The notes below the pieces were generated by a model, which was not told the DNA's origin, ran no database searches, and was given only the letters and a program-made list of their open reading frames with translations. A stretch of DNA of 64,000 nucleotides from Alphaproteobacteria bacterium. Lineage in GTDB: Bacteria; Pseudomonadota; Alphaproteobacteria; CALKHQ01. Both the position numbers and the translations under genes were made by a program. The DNA is taken from NCBI GenBank assembly GCA_965227515.1, contig CBDDFZ010000002.1, forward strand, positions 992,001 to 1,056,000, written 5' to 3'. Positions 41,673 through 50,966 of the stretch are shown here, piece by piece; the stretch's first letter is position 1; every line of letters starts with the position of its first letter.

Positions 41673-42110
41673 ATGAAGACTGCCTCGCTCTGCCTTGTCC
41701 TGCCCGCCCTGGCCCTGGCTGCTTGCAACTCGTCAAACAATGACCAGCAGCGTGCAGCCACCGCTGCGGCGGCCGCTGGTGCCGGGGCAGCACAACCGCA
41801 AGCCTCGGAGACCATATTCGTGATCGGTGGAGGCGCCGGGGTCACTGTTGATAGCGTGACCGAGATACAGTTCAATAATCCATACGAGGGCCTCACATTC
41901 AGTTCTTTTCGGAGAATAGGTCAAGATGAATGGGAGACCGATACAGGTTATCGCGTCAGTGAGACAGCAAAGACGGCCGATGGTTTCGTTCTCGGAAGTG
42001 GCGATGTGCAAATAGTGGTTGACCTCGGACTGGCTGAGGTGAAAATTTCTGTTGGGTCGGGCAGCAACGCCAATGAATATGGCCCATACGATATCGTTAT
42101 GGCTCGTTGA
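41673..42110 (+). CDS. hypothetical lipoprotein
   Basis: Lipobox LAAC, Ala linker, beta-rich domain; atypical (AT-richer) codon usage. Confidence 0.7.
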   Translation: MKTASLCLVLPALALAACNSSNNDQQRAATAAAAAGAGAAQPQASETIFVIGGGAGVTVDSVTEIQFNNPYEGLTFSSFRRIGQDEWETDTGYRVSETAKTADGFVLGSGDVQIVVDLGLAEVKISVGSGSNANEYGPYDIVMAR

Positions 42111-42147
42111 TACTGCTAATGCAACGGAGCGGCCGTCATCCACCTGC

Positions 42148-42176
42148 GTCATGCCCGCAACAAGTCCGCGCATGAC
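42148..42176. repeat. half copy of the GTCATG-type palindromic element
   Basis: GTCATGCCCGCAACAAGTCCGCGCATGAC resembles the right arm of the elements at 47764 and 52271. Confidence 0.65.
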
Positions 42177-42217
42177 AAGCGGAAATTGGGCAGTGTTCGG
42201 CAGATTTCGCCGCGAGC

Positions 42218-42778
42218 CTAATGCGGCGGGTCGAAGCCGCGCTGGCGCTGTTCGATGTCGACCGCGATCTTCTCCAGTCGCCCCATCGCGACCATGGCGA
42301 TCACCACCGAGGCGGTGAACAGGTAGAGCCCCTCGTGCACGAACACGCCGGCGACCACGTCGATGCTGAGCGCCGCGACGACAATCGCGATCACGAACAC
42401 GTCCAGCATCGACCATTTGCCGAGCTGCTCGACCCCGCGCACCACCCGCAAGGGCGATCGTTTCGACAGGTCGGCGCGGTACCACGCCCACAGGCCAAGC
42501 GCGATCTTGGTGAGCGGGAACAGGATCGAGAACACGATGATGATGATGAACAGGAAATACTGCTCGCCGTCCCACAGCGCCTCGGCGCCGTCCAGGATGG
42601 AGATTTCCTGGCCGAACAGCGCGGCCACGTCGACCTCCATCGCCGGTTGGACGATGCCGAACACCAGGCAGACCAGCGCGAACAGCAGCAGCGGGCCGAT
42701 CATCCAGCGGTCGGGCGCGTCGGCGTGGGCGCGCATCGCCTCCGGGTGGGTGCGAAACAGGCCGATCAGCCGGCGCAT
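42218..42778 (-). CDS. paraquat-inducible protein A family (single domain)
   Basis: SILDG..LW, FSILFP..K, LGKWSMLDVFV, GLYLF motifs. Confidence 0.85.
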   Translation of the reverse strand: MRRLIGLFRTHPEAMRAHADAPDRWMIGPLLLFALVCLVFGIVQPAMEVDVAALFGQEISILDGAEALWDGEQYFLFIIIIVFSILFPLTKIALGLWAWYRADLSKRSPLRVVRGVEQLGKWSMLDVFVIAIVVAALSIDVVAGVFVHEGLYLFTASVVIAMVAMGRLEKIAVDIEQRQRGFDPPH

Positions 42779-42806
42779 TGGCTGGATATTCCCTGCCCGA
42801 AGGGCC

Positions 42807-42894
42807 GTAGCCCGGATGAAACGAAGTGCAATCCGGGGATAGACAAAACGAGCGGCAAAGTCCCCGGGTTGCGCTGACGCTCCACCCGGGCTAC
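42807..42894. repeat. GTAG-type REP doublet
   Basis: GTAGCCCGGATG..AATCCGGG and inverted CCCGGGTTGCGC..CACCCGGGCTAC between proS and the PqiA gene. Confidence 0.8.
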
Positions 42895-42917
42895 CCGCGT
42901 TTCGAGCCACGCACCCA

Positions 42918-44432
42918 TCAATACGCCTTGGCGAAGATGGCCTCGGTGGTGGCCGGCGCGCCGGTCAGCACGCACTTGCCCTCGCTTTCGTCCTGGTCGA
43001 ACGGCAGGCAGCGCACGGACACACCCATCTCCCCCAGCACCTTCTCCGACGCCGGGTCGCCGCACCACTTGGCGCGCACGAAGCCGCGCTTCTCGGCATA
43101 GAGGTCGGCACCCTTGCCGCCGAAATACTCTTGGAACGCGCCCAGCTCGGTGATGTCGGTGCGGGTGCGCTCTTCCTGATAGGCCTTCGCCTCGCTGAAC
43201 AGCGTATGCTGGATGTCGTTGAGAATGTCGGCGGCCTTGCCGATGAACTCGGCGCGCGGGCCGATCCATTTCTTCTCGCCGAGCTTGTCGCGGCGGGTGA
43301 CCGCGACCCCGTCGTTCTCGATGTCGCGCGGCCCGACCTCGACGATCAGCGGCGCGCCCTTCTTGATCCATTCCCAGCGCTTGTCCTGGGCCGCCATGTC
43401 GCGGTCGTCCACCTTCACCCGCACAGGCAGGTCGCCCAGCCGGTGCATGCCCAGCTCGGCGGAGAGCTTCTGGGCGTAGGCGAGCACGGCATCCTTCTGC
43501 GCCTCGTCGCGGATAATCGGCACGATCACGATGTGCCGGGGGGCGACGCGCGGCGGCAGGCGCAGCCCATTGTCGTCGCTGTGGGTCATGATCAGCGCGC
43601 CGATCAGCCGGGTCGACGTGCCCCACGACGTGGTCCACACATGCTCCCATTCGCCGTCGCGGTTCTGATAGCGGATGTTCTGCGCCTTCGCGAAGTTCTG
43701 GCCCAGGAAGTGGGAGGTGCCGGACTGCAGCGCCTTGCCGTCCTGCATCATCGCCTCGATGGTGGTGGTGCGCACGGCACCCGGGAAGCGCTCGCCCTCC
43801 GACTTCTCGCCGGGGATGACCGGGATCGCCATCTCCTCTTCCACCACCTCGCGGTAGACCTCCAGCATCTGGGTCATTTCCTCGACCGCCTCCTCGGCGG
43901 TGGCATGCGCCGTGTGCCCCTCCTGCCACAGGAACTCCGACGTGCGCAGGAAGATGCGCGGCCGCATTTCCCAGCGGACCACGTTGGCCCACTGGTTGAT
44001 CAGCACCGGCAGGTCCCGGTAGGACTGGATCCAGTTCGCGAACGCCTCGCCGATGATGGTCTCCGACGTGGGACGGACGATCAGCGGCTCTTCCAGCTCG
44101 CCCTCGGGCTTGAGCTTGCCGTCATGGGCGGCCAGCCGGTGGTGGGTGACCACCGCCATCTCCTTGGCGAAGCCTTCCACGTGCGCCGCCTCGCGCTCGA
44201 TGAAGCGCAGCGGGATGAACAGCGGGAAATAGCAGTTGTCGTGGCCGGTCGCCTTGATGCGGGCGTCCATCGCCTGCTGCACGTTCTCCCAGATGCCGTA
44301 GCCCCACGGCTTGATGATCATGCAGCCGCGCACCGGCGAGCTTTCCGCCATGTCGGCGGCACGGATGATCTGCTGGTACCATCCGGGGAAATCGTCGGCG
44401 CGGGTGGGCGAAATCGCGGTCTTAGCGGCCAT
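42918..44432 (-). CDS. proS: proline--tRNA ligase, archaeal/eukaryotic type
   Basis: GCMIIKPWG, RPTSET, NQWANVVRWE, FLWQEGHT, LGQNFAK, TSWG.STR, C-terminal FAKAY. Confidence 0.95.
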   Translation of the reverse strand: MAAKTAISPTRADDFPGWYQQIIRAADMAESSPVRGCMIIKPWGYGIWENVQQAMDARIKATGHDNCYFPLFIPLRFIEREAAHVEGFAKEMAVVTHHRLAAHDGKLKPEGELEEPLIVRPTSETIIGEAFANWIQSYRDLPVLINQWANVVRWEMRPRIFLRTSEFLWQEGHTAHATAEEAVEEMTQMLEVYREVVEEEMAIPVIPGEKSEGERFPGAVRTTTIEAMMQDGKALQSGTSHFLGQNFAKAQNIRYQNRDGEWEHVWTTSWGTSTRLIGALIMTHSDDNGLRLPPRVAPRHIVIVPIIRDEAQKDAVLAYAQKLSAELGMHRLGDLPVRVKVDDRDMAAQDKRWEWIKKGAPLIVEVGPRDIENDGVAVTRRDKLGEKKWIGPRAEFIGKAADILNDIQHTLFSEAKAYQEERTRTDITELGAFQEYFGGKGADLYAEKRGFVRAKWCGDPASEKVLGEMGVSVRCLPFDQDESEGKCVLTGAPATTEAIFAKAY

Positions 44433-44599
44433 GTGGTGGAACCGATGCGGTTGTTGGGAACGGCGGCGCGGAAGCTAGCGGATTGGGGGGAGAGGGGCAA
44501 TGATCGGGGAACGTGAAATCACTCGCTCTGATTTGACCTGGACCCGCATCCGCGATTTTGCCATCAAGTGTAGCAAAGCCCACCTCGGAGCCAATTCGC

Positions 44600-45415
44600 A
44601 TGACTGGGAAAGAATGTTTTGTGATCTCACCGATTGGCGAATCTGAGTCGCCAACCCGGAAACGGGCGGATCAAGTATTTACACATATCATTAAACCGAG
44701 TGTTGAAAAATTCGGATATATTCCAACTCGTGCAGATCATATTTCAGAACCAGGCATGATAACAAGTCAAATAATACAAAGAATAGTAGACGACCCATTG
44801 GTTGTTGCTGATCTGACTGAGAGAAATCCAAATGTATTTTATGAGCTTGCAATTCGTCACGCTAATAGGAAGCCTTTAATACAGCTTATCGAGAAAGATG
44901 AGATTATTCCTTTTGATGTGGCAGGTTCGCGAATTATACAATTGGATTATCGCAATCTCGACAGTGTCGCTGAGGCGAAATCTTCTATTGAAGCGCAAAT
45001 TGAAATCTTGGAGAACAACCCCAGAGATTTAGAGACGCCGATTTCTGTATCTCTTGATTTGCAAACGCTTAGAGAGAGTGACAACCCGGCTCAACGATCA
45101 TTGGCGGATATTCTGGCGGAAATGGCAGAGATTCGCTCTAATGTATCAAATATTGAGAGAAAAATCGACCATGTTAGAAATGTTGTGTCTCCTGCAGGTG
45201 AAGCAAGAATAATAAGGCCGGAATACGCCGAAATCGGAAGCACTATTATTGCTGGCATTATCGATGATTTAAGTAATATCGAAAAAGAACTCTTGTATAT
45301 CAGTGACGAAATAGGCGAAGATCAAGATCATGGATTGAGGATTGCCAAAACTCGAGATCGATTGAAGTCGTCTCTAAATAAGATATTGGATCTGCGGGCG
45401 CTGATACTCAGGTAG
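44600..45415 (+). CDS. nucleoside 2-deoxyribosyltransferase-like (TIR-related) domain protein with coiled-coil tail
   Basis: CFVISPIG, RAD, VVADLTERNPNVFYELAIRHA, PFDV motifs; strongly AT-rich relative to the window. Confidence 0.7.
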   Translation: MTGKECFVISPIGESESPTRKRADQVFTHIIKPSVEKFGYIPTRADHISEPGMITSQIIQRIVDDPLVVADLTERNPNVFYELAIRHANRKPLIQLIEKDEIIPFDVAGSRIIQLDYRNLDSVAEAKSSIEAQIEILENNPRDLETPISVSLDLQTLRESDNPAQRSLADILAEMAEIRSNVSNIERKIDHVRNVVSPAGEARIIRPEYAEIGSTIIAGIIDDLSNIEKELLYISDEIGEDQDHGLRIAKTRDRLKSSLNKILDLRALILR

Positions 45416-45477
45416 GCGTTGTTCCTAAGTTCTAAGTGTTTGGCTATTGCCGATGACCGGTGGGCTTATCTACCTAC

Positions 45478-45790
45478 TCAGCCATTGATCGCTTCGGCAG
45501 CGGTCAGGATGCGACGCCGTCGGATGTTGTTGCGGCCAGCTTCCGCAGCGTCGCGTAAGACGAGGTCGACATCGCGACCAAACAGCGCTTCGAACGTCTC
45601 CTTGAAACTCGAATAGGCCACGAGGTCATGCGGTTTGCTGGCGCAAAGCCAACCAGTGGGTCGCCGTAGCTGTGTGCATGGCCGAAGTTCCGTGCCCCGT
45701 GCCGCTGAGCCGAACAACTCAAGCTGAGTGACGCCATGCAGTGCTGACCGAAAAGCCCAGCCAGGTGAAGCGACGCGACGTCTCGCGCGG
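45478..45790 (-). pseudogene. degenerate minimal nucleotidyltransferase (MNT antitoxin type)
   Basis: GVTQLELFGSAARG and FEALFGRDVDLV..RNNIRRRRI in one frame; the segment between them and the N-terminus appear in another frame and the DxD motif is lost. Confidence 0.65.
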
Positions 45791-45968
45791 ACCCAATCAC
45801 ACAATATCGAACAACGTTCAATTTTCTTTGAACCATTCTCCGACTGGCGCGACTGACGGGGTAATGGGGCGTGGCGATCCGCCGTGTCCAATCCAACCCA
45901 AGCCAACCAACAGGGGCCGCGTTATGCTAGCGCGGTCCTGCAGATCGAGACTTCGGAGGACAACAACA

Positions 45969-46796
45969 ATGAAACAGTTCCTGAGAGCAGGTTTGCTGCT
46001 TGCCGCCACCGCCGCCATGGCGACCGGCGCCACCATCAGTGCGGCGGACGCGGGCGACCTGGCGCAGTCGGAAATGATCGGGTTCTCGCCCAACGGCGAT
46101 TACGTCGCGTTCCAGGAGTTCGGCGAGCACGACGAATCCGGCATCACCTACGCCAGCATCTTCATCATCGATGTCGCTGCCAGCGCCCCTGTCGACGGCG
46201 CGCCGATCCATGCGTCGGTGGATATGTTCGAACTGGCGGAGGACCTGACGTCAAAGCAGGCCATCGGACTGGCCCGCGCGCAGGCGATGGACCAGGCCGA
46301 GCCGCTGCTCGACCAGTATGGCATCGTCTACGGCAACACCGGCGCCACGCTGGTCTATCATCCGTTCAGCGACGTGGCAGCCGATCCGTATCTGGTCGAG
46401 TTCTCGATCGGCCGCGGCTTCGCGCCCGAGGGGCGGAACGGCCAGACCATGCAGTTCCAGTCGCTGCAGCTCACCCAGCAGGAGGTCCCGGTAGGGCGCT
46501 GCGACGCGCAGCAGCTTGGCGCGGTCTCGATGATGTCGCTGGAGTTGCGGGCCGATGGGCTCGCCGAGCCGGTGATCGTGCACGACGACGGCGTCTATCC
46601 GGACGAGCGCGACTGCACCTTCGACTATCGCATCCAGAGTGTCGTCGCCTACTACCCGGAGGATGTGGCGCTGACCGACTGCTGCCGGGCCCAGGTGGTC
46701 CTGCTGGCCATCGTGGCGATGCAGCAGTTCGGCGAGCATGGCCCGTTCGATGTGCATCATATGGGCGCCACGATCATCCTGGATGGTGAGTGGTAG
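45969..46796 (+). CDS. DUF2259 family secreted protein (paralog 1)
   Basis: GGAGG RBS, signal peptide, AGD..IGFSPNG.YVAFQEFG..D.SG..Y..IFIID. Confidence 0.8.
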   Translation: MKQFLRAGLLLAATAAMATGATISAADAGDLAQSEMIGFSPNGDYVAFQEFGEHDESGITYASIFIIDVAASAPVDGAPIHASVDMFELAEDLTSKQAIGLARAQAMDQAEPLLDQYGIVYGNTGATLVYHPFSDVAADPYLVEFSIGRGFAPEGRNGQTMQFQSLQLTQQEVPVGRCDAQQLGAVSMMSLELRADGLAEPVIVHDDGVYPDERDCTFDYRIQSVVAYYPEDVALTDCCRAQVVLLAIVAMQQFGEHGPFDVHHMGATIILDGEW

Positions 46797-46927
46797 GCCT
46801 GCTTGAGCCAATCCAATGAAACGCCCGCGGCGCAGCACCGTGCCGCGGGCCATCCACACACACCAATAGGCGCCGGCGATCGCGGCACGGCCGCGGCCCG
46901 GCAGACCGAACCTGGAGGACACGAACA

Positions 46928-47734
46928 ATGAAACTGCTCAATCGAGCGGGCTGGATGCTCGCGGCCGCGATCGGCGCGGCAACCATGGCCGGAACCGCCC
47001 AGGCGGGCGACCTGGCACGGCCGGAAGTGATCGGCTTCTCGCGCGATGGCGCCTATGTCGCCTACGAGGAATATGGCGAGCAAGACGCGTCGGGCGCGCC
47101 CTATTCGAACATCTTCATCATCGACGTCGCGGCGAACGCGTGGGTGGAGGGCGCGCCGATCCGGGTGCTGCTCAATGACGAGGTGATGCCCAACCCTGAG
47201 CTGGAGGAGGACCCGCTCGGCCAGGCCCGGCTCCAGGCGATGGCCGAGGCGCAGCCGCTGCTCGACCAGTACAGCATCGTTCCCGGCGAGACCGGCTCCG
47301 TCATCATCCAGCATCCGCGCAGCGACGTGGACGCGCCGACCCACGAGGTCTCGTTCTCCATCGGCCTCGCGTACTCGCCCTATTCCCAGGACATGCAGAC
47401 CCTGACCCTGACCGAGTCCGAGGTGGCGAATGCCGAGTGCGACCAGTACGACTGGGGCCCGGTGGCGATGATGTCGCTGGAGCTGGAGCGCGGCGGTCTT
47501 GGCGCGCCGATCATGCTGCAGCAGGACACGGATCTGCCGGCATCGCGCGGCTGCACCACCGGCTACCGCATCCACAGCGTCATCGTTTACACGCCGGATG
47601 TGCCCGAGCAGCACACCTGCTGCCACCGCGACGAGGTCGCCATGCTGGTGATCGTGTCGATGTCGCAGTTCGGCTTCGAGGGGCCGGATTGGCGCAACAT
47701 GGGCGTCACCGCCATGCTGTCGCCGGCGTGGTAG
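46928..47734 (+). CDS. DUF2259 family secreted protein (paralog 2)
   Basis: AGDLA..IGFSRDG.YVAYEEYGEQDASG.PYSNIFIID; collinear with paralog 1. Confidence 0.8.
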   Translation: MKLLNRAGWMLAAAIGAATMAGTAQAGDLARPEVIGFSRDGAYVAYEEYGEQDASGAPYSNIFIIDVAANAWVEGAPIRVLLNDEVMPNPELEEDPLGQARLQAMAEAQPLLDQYSIVPGETGSVIIQHPRSDVDAPTHEVSFSIGLAYSPYSQDMQTLTLTESEVANAECDQYDWGPVAMMSLELERGGLGAPIMLQQDTDLPASRGCTTGYRIHSVIVYTPDVPEQHTCCHRDEVAMLVIVSMSQFGFEGPDWRNMGVTAMLSPAW

Positions 47735-47763
47735 GGCGCGGCGCTTCCACTCAATACATCAAC

Positions 47764-47850
47764 GTCATGGTCGGGCTTGTCCCGACCATCCACGTCTTAG
47801 CCACGGCAGTCGATGAAGACGTGGATGCCCGCAACAAGTGCGGGCATGAC
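47764..47850. repeat. GTCATG-type palindromic interspersed element
   Basis: GTCATGGTCGGGCTTGTCCCGACCATCCACG..CGTGGATGCCCGCAACAAGTGCGGGCATGAC; second copy at 52271. Confidence 0.85.
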
Positions 47851-47971
47851 GGCTTCGTTTATTCGACGGAAGCCGTCACCTTCTCCGCGCATGACGGTGT
47901 TTCTTAGTCCGCAGTCCCATCTGCGGGCATGACGGCTTCGTTTATTCGTCTGAAGCCGTCACCTTCTCCGC
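47839..47971. repeat. 50-bp direct repeat (47839-47888 and 47922-47971)
   Basis: 48 of 50 positions identical; the second copy contains the stop codon of the methyltransferase gene. Confidence 0.85.
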
Positions 47972-49768
47972 CAGCAGCATGCGGTTGATGCCGTGGAAGG
48001 CATCGTAGAGGGCGCCAGCCTGACGCTCGAAGTCGGCGACGCTCAGCCCCTGCTGGGTCTCGGCAATGTCGGCGTGGATGTCGCGGAACGCGCGCGTGCC
48101 GTCGATCCGCCGCATGATCGCCGGCCCCATCGCCGGCATCCGCATGGTGATCTTCAGCCCGTTGGTGGTGGCGCTCAGTGCTGCGCCGGGGCGCAGGCGC
48201 TTGGCCTCCGCCGGGCCGTCCAGGTCGCGCAGCACCGGCACCATGTCCATGCCGAAGCGGGGCAGCGTCACCGTGCTGTCGGCCGGCACCATATAGAAGA
48301 TGTGCTTCTTCTGGCAGCCGAGCAGCAATTCGGCGAACGCCGCGCGCTCGAACGGCCGCAGGTTGGAGACGGCGCGGCGCAGCCCGGCGTCGCGCAGCCA
48401 GGCCAGCGGGTCGTACATCACCGGCTCGATGAACCCGGTCACCGTCATGTGCGCCGACTGCGCCAGCGCCAGGATCTCCGGCACCCGATAGGCGCGGTCG
48501 CGGCTGTGCAGGAACAGGTCATAGACCCCGGCATCGCCGCCGACCACGTGATCGCGGATCTGGCCGTTGCGCACCAGCCAGTTGGTTTCGGGCAGCACCT
48601 CGATCAGCGCCTTGGCGATGGCGACCCGGCGTGCCTCGTCGACCGCGCCGGGGGCTGCCACCATGCGCAGCATCTCCTGCATGTCGTAGACGCCGACCCG
48701 GCCGAGTTCGCCATAGAGCATCATGCCGATGCCGCCGCCGGGCGCCAGCACGCCTGCCAGCCGGCCTAGCCCCTCCGCGGGGGCCTCCAGGTGGTGCAGC
48801 ACGCCGCAGCAGTCGATGTAGTCGAAGCGGCCGTGCTCGGATTCGTCCAGATCCATCAGCGAGCCGGACACGAAGCTGACGTTGGTCAGGCCGCGTGCCT
48901 TGGCCCGCGCCTCGGCCACCGCCCGGCTGCTGGCCGACAGGTCCATGTAGACGACTTCGCCCGGCACGCCCCAGTCGACCATCTGTTGCGCCAGCATGAT
49001 GGTGGCGTCGCCGGTGCCGCCGCCGGCGACCAGGGCACGGAACGGCTGGCTGAAGTCGCGCTTGCCGCCGAACACGTAGTGATTGATCTCGGCCAGGTTG
49101 CTGGGCGAGCCCAGCTTCACCTTCTCCGGCTCGTCCTTCGGGTCGCGCGCCGGATAGGGGTAGAGCTCGTACTGGGTCTGCACCAGCTCGTCGCGGTCGT
49201 CGGCGGTGGTGGCCGGCTCCTCCCACAGCGGCAGCTCGGACTCCACCCGCTCGGCGATGATCGAGATCATGTCGTCGCCGCCGTGGAACAGCTCCGCGAA
49301 ACGGGCGGCCTGCTCGGGCGTCAGCGTTTCCAGGCGCGGGCCCAGCGGCGGCGTGTCGATCTCAGGCGGCGTCATGCGGGCGCCGTCGACGATCTCGATC
49401 GGCGACAGCCCCTCGGCGCGCAGCCGGGTGAGCAGCGCGGGCAGCCGCCAGACCGGGCGCGGCGGGTCCAGGAACAGCGACACCAGGGCCGCGTCATCGG
49501 CCATGAAGTCGGCGCGTACCGGGCGGCGGCGCAGCAGATGGGTCGGCGGCAGCTCCGACAAGAGCTTTTTCAATAGCGCCAGCCGCTCGGCGGGCGAGGC
49601 GTCGATGGCCGGCGCGATCATGTCGATCTTGGCCCGCACATCGTCGATACCGCGATGCGCCAGCGCGCCGGCGCATGTCACCTTCACCTGGCCGTCTTCC
49701 AGCGGCTCGACATACAGGCCGTCGCGGGCGAGCGCGGCGCGGGCAGAGTCAGGGATGGCAGCCATCAT
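47942..49768 (-). CDS. class I SAM-dependent methyltransferase with duplicated N-terminal domain
   Basis: QYELYPYP, LVAGGGTG, YMDLS, FDYIDCCGVLHHL, LAPGGG..MLYG. Confidence 0.85.
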   Translation of the reverse strand: MMAAIPDSARAALARDGLYVEPLEDGQVKVTCAGALAHRGIDDVRAKIDMIAPAIDASPAERLALLKKLLSELPPTHLLRRRPVRADFMADDAALVSLFLDPPRPVWRLPALLTRLRAEGLSPIEIVDGARMTPPEIDTPPLGPRLETLTPEQAARFAELFHGGDDMISIIAERVESELPLWEEPATTADDRDELVQTQYELYPYPARDPKDEPEKVKLGSPSNLAEINHYVFGGKRDFSQPFRALVAGGGTGDATIMLAQQMVDWGVPGEVVYMDLSASSRAVAEARAKARGLTNVSFVSGSLMDLDESEHGRFDYIDCCGVLHHLEAPAEGLGRLAGVLAPGGGIGMMLYGELGRVGVYDMQEMLRMVAAPGAVDEARRVAIAKALIEVLPETNWLVRNGQIRDHVVGGDAGVYDLFLHSRDRAYRVPEILALAQSAHMTVTGFIEPVMYDPLAWLRDAGLRRAVSNLRPFERAAFAELLLGCQKKHIFYMVPADSTVTLPRFGMDMVPVLRDLDGPAEAKRLRPGAALSATTNGLKITMRMPAMGPAIMRRIDGTRAFRDIHADIAETQQGLSVADFERQAGALYDAFHGINRMLLAEKVTASDE

Positions 49769-49772
49769 TCTT

Positions 49773-50816
49773 CTAATTGTTGATCCATCCCGGCGCCGGG
49801 CACATGGTGCCGACCGGCTCGCCGGCGTGGTTGCGCCGGGTCTGCACCAGCGTGTCGCGTGCCAGGGCGGCGGCCGCACCGTCCAGCTCGCCGAAGCGGT
49901 CGAGCAGGGCGGCCATCGCCACCTCCGCCGCGCGGTCCGCACCGTCGCCGACCTTGATGGCGATGCCGAGTCCGCTGCGTGGCAAAGCGGCGGTATAGAC
50001 CCCTTCGGCGCCGTTCTTCAAGATCACCGCACCCCGGCCCGCCGCCAGCATGCCGGAGACGAACGCGCCGGTGCCCGCGACCATGAACGGGGCCGCCCAC
50101 TGCGCCTCGCGGATGCGCTGGCACGCGGCCTGGCGCAGGTCCGGCTGGTCGTCGGGCTGGCCGAAGCGCGCCATCGCGAGCGCGAGGTTGCCGATGGGCA
50201 GCGCCCAGGTCGGCACGCTGCACCCGTCCGGCGCGCGGGCGACATGGCCCAGGTCCATGCCGCACATCTGCTCCAGTACGCCCAGAATGCGTTGCTGCAC
50301 CGGGTGAGTGACCTTGTGATAGCCCTCGACCGGCGCGCCGATGTGGCTGGCCGCGAGCAGCATGCCGGCATGCTTGCCGGAGCACACATTGTGCCGCCGG
50401 TCGGGCTGCCGGTCGGCGCGGGCGAGGTCGGCTTTCGTCGCGTCGCTGTGCGGCGGGCAGGCTCCGCAGGCGAGTGCGGTGCCATCCAGCCCGGCCTTGG
50501 CCAGCATGCCGTCGACAGTGGCCAGGTGTTCCGGCTCACCGAAGTGGGAGGCGCAGGCGATCGAGACCTCTTCGTCGACGAGACCGAACCCCTCGGCAGC
50601 CCCTGTCTCGACCAACGCCAATGCCTGCAACGACTTGATCGCGGAGCGCGGGTAGACCGGCATCTCCGCGTTGCCCCACGCGGCCAGCACCTCTCCGGAC
50701 GCGTGGGCCACCACCACGGTGCCGAAGTGCCGGCTCTCGACGATGTCGCCGCGGGTCAGGTGGACCAGCTCGATGGTGTCGCGGCCGTGGCCGTGGGCGT
50801 GGTTTGGCGTGTTCAT
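49773..50816 (-). CDS. L-asparaginase II (Rhizobium etli AnsA-type)
   Basis: VESRH, RSAIK, CASH.GE, CSGKHAG, DGCSVP, KNGAEG, KVGDG..RA. Confidence 0.88.
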   Translation of the reverse strand: MNTPNHAHGHGRDTIELVHLTRGDIVESRHFGTVVVAHASGEVLAAWGNAEMPVYPRSAIKSLQALALVETGAAEGFGLVDEEVSIACASHFGEPEHLATVDGMLAKAGLDGTALACGACPPHSDATKADLARADRQPDRRHNVCSGKHAGMLLAASHIGAPVEGYHKVTHPVQQRILGVLEQMCGMDLGHVARAPDGCSVPTWALPIGNLALAMARFGQPDDQPDLRQAACQRIREAQWAAPFMVAGTGAFVSGMLAAGRGAVILKNGAEGVYTAALPRSGLGIAIKVGDGADRAAEVAMAALLDRFGELDGAAAALARDTLVQTRRNHAGEPVGTMCPAPGWINN

Positions 50817-50966
50817 GTCGTCCGTTCGTCTGCGGTTGCGGGCGACCTTGCTATGCGCTCCGGTCTGGTGCAAGTGTCAGTATGTCCAGCACTTGCGGTT
50901 GCCCATCGGCGGCCGCGTGCCGGGCGGATCGTGTCCCCCAACCACCCTTCGAGTGACTATCCAGGC

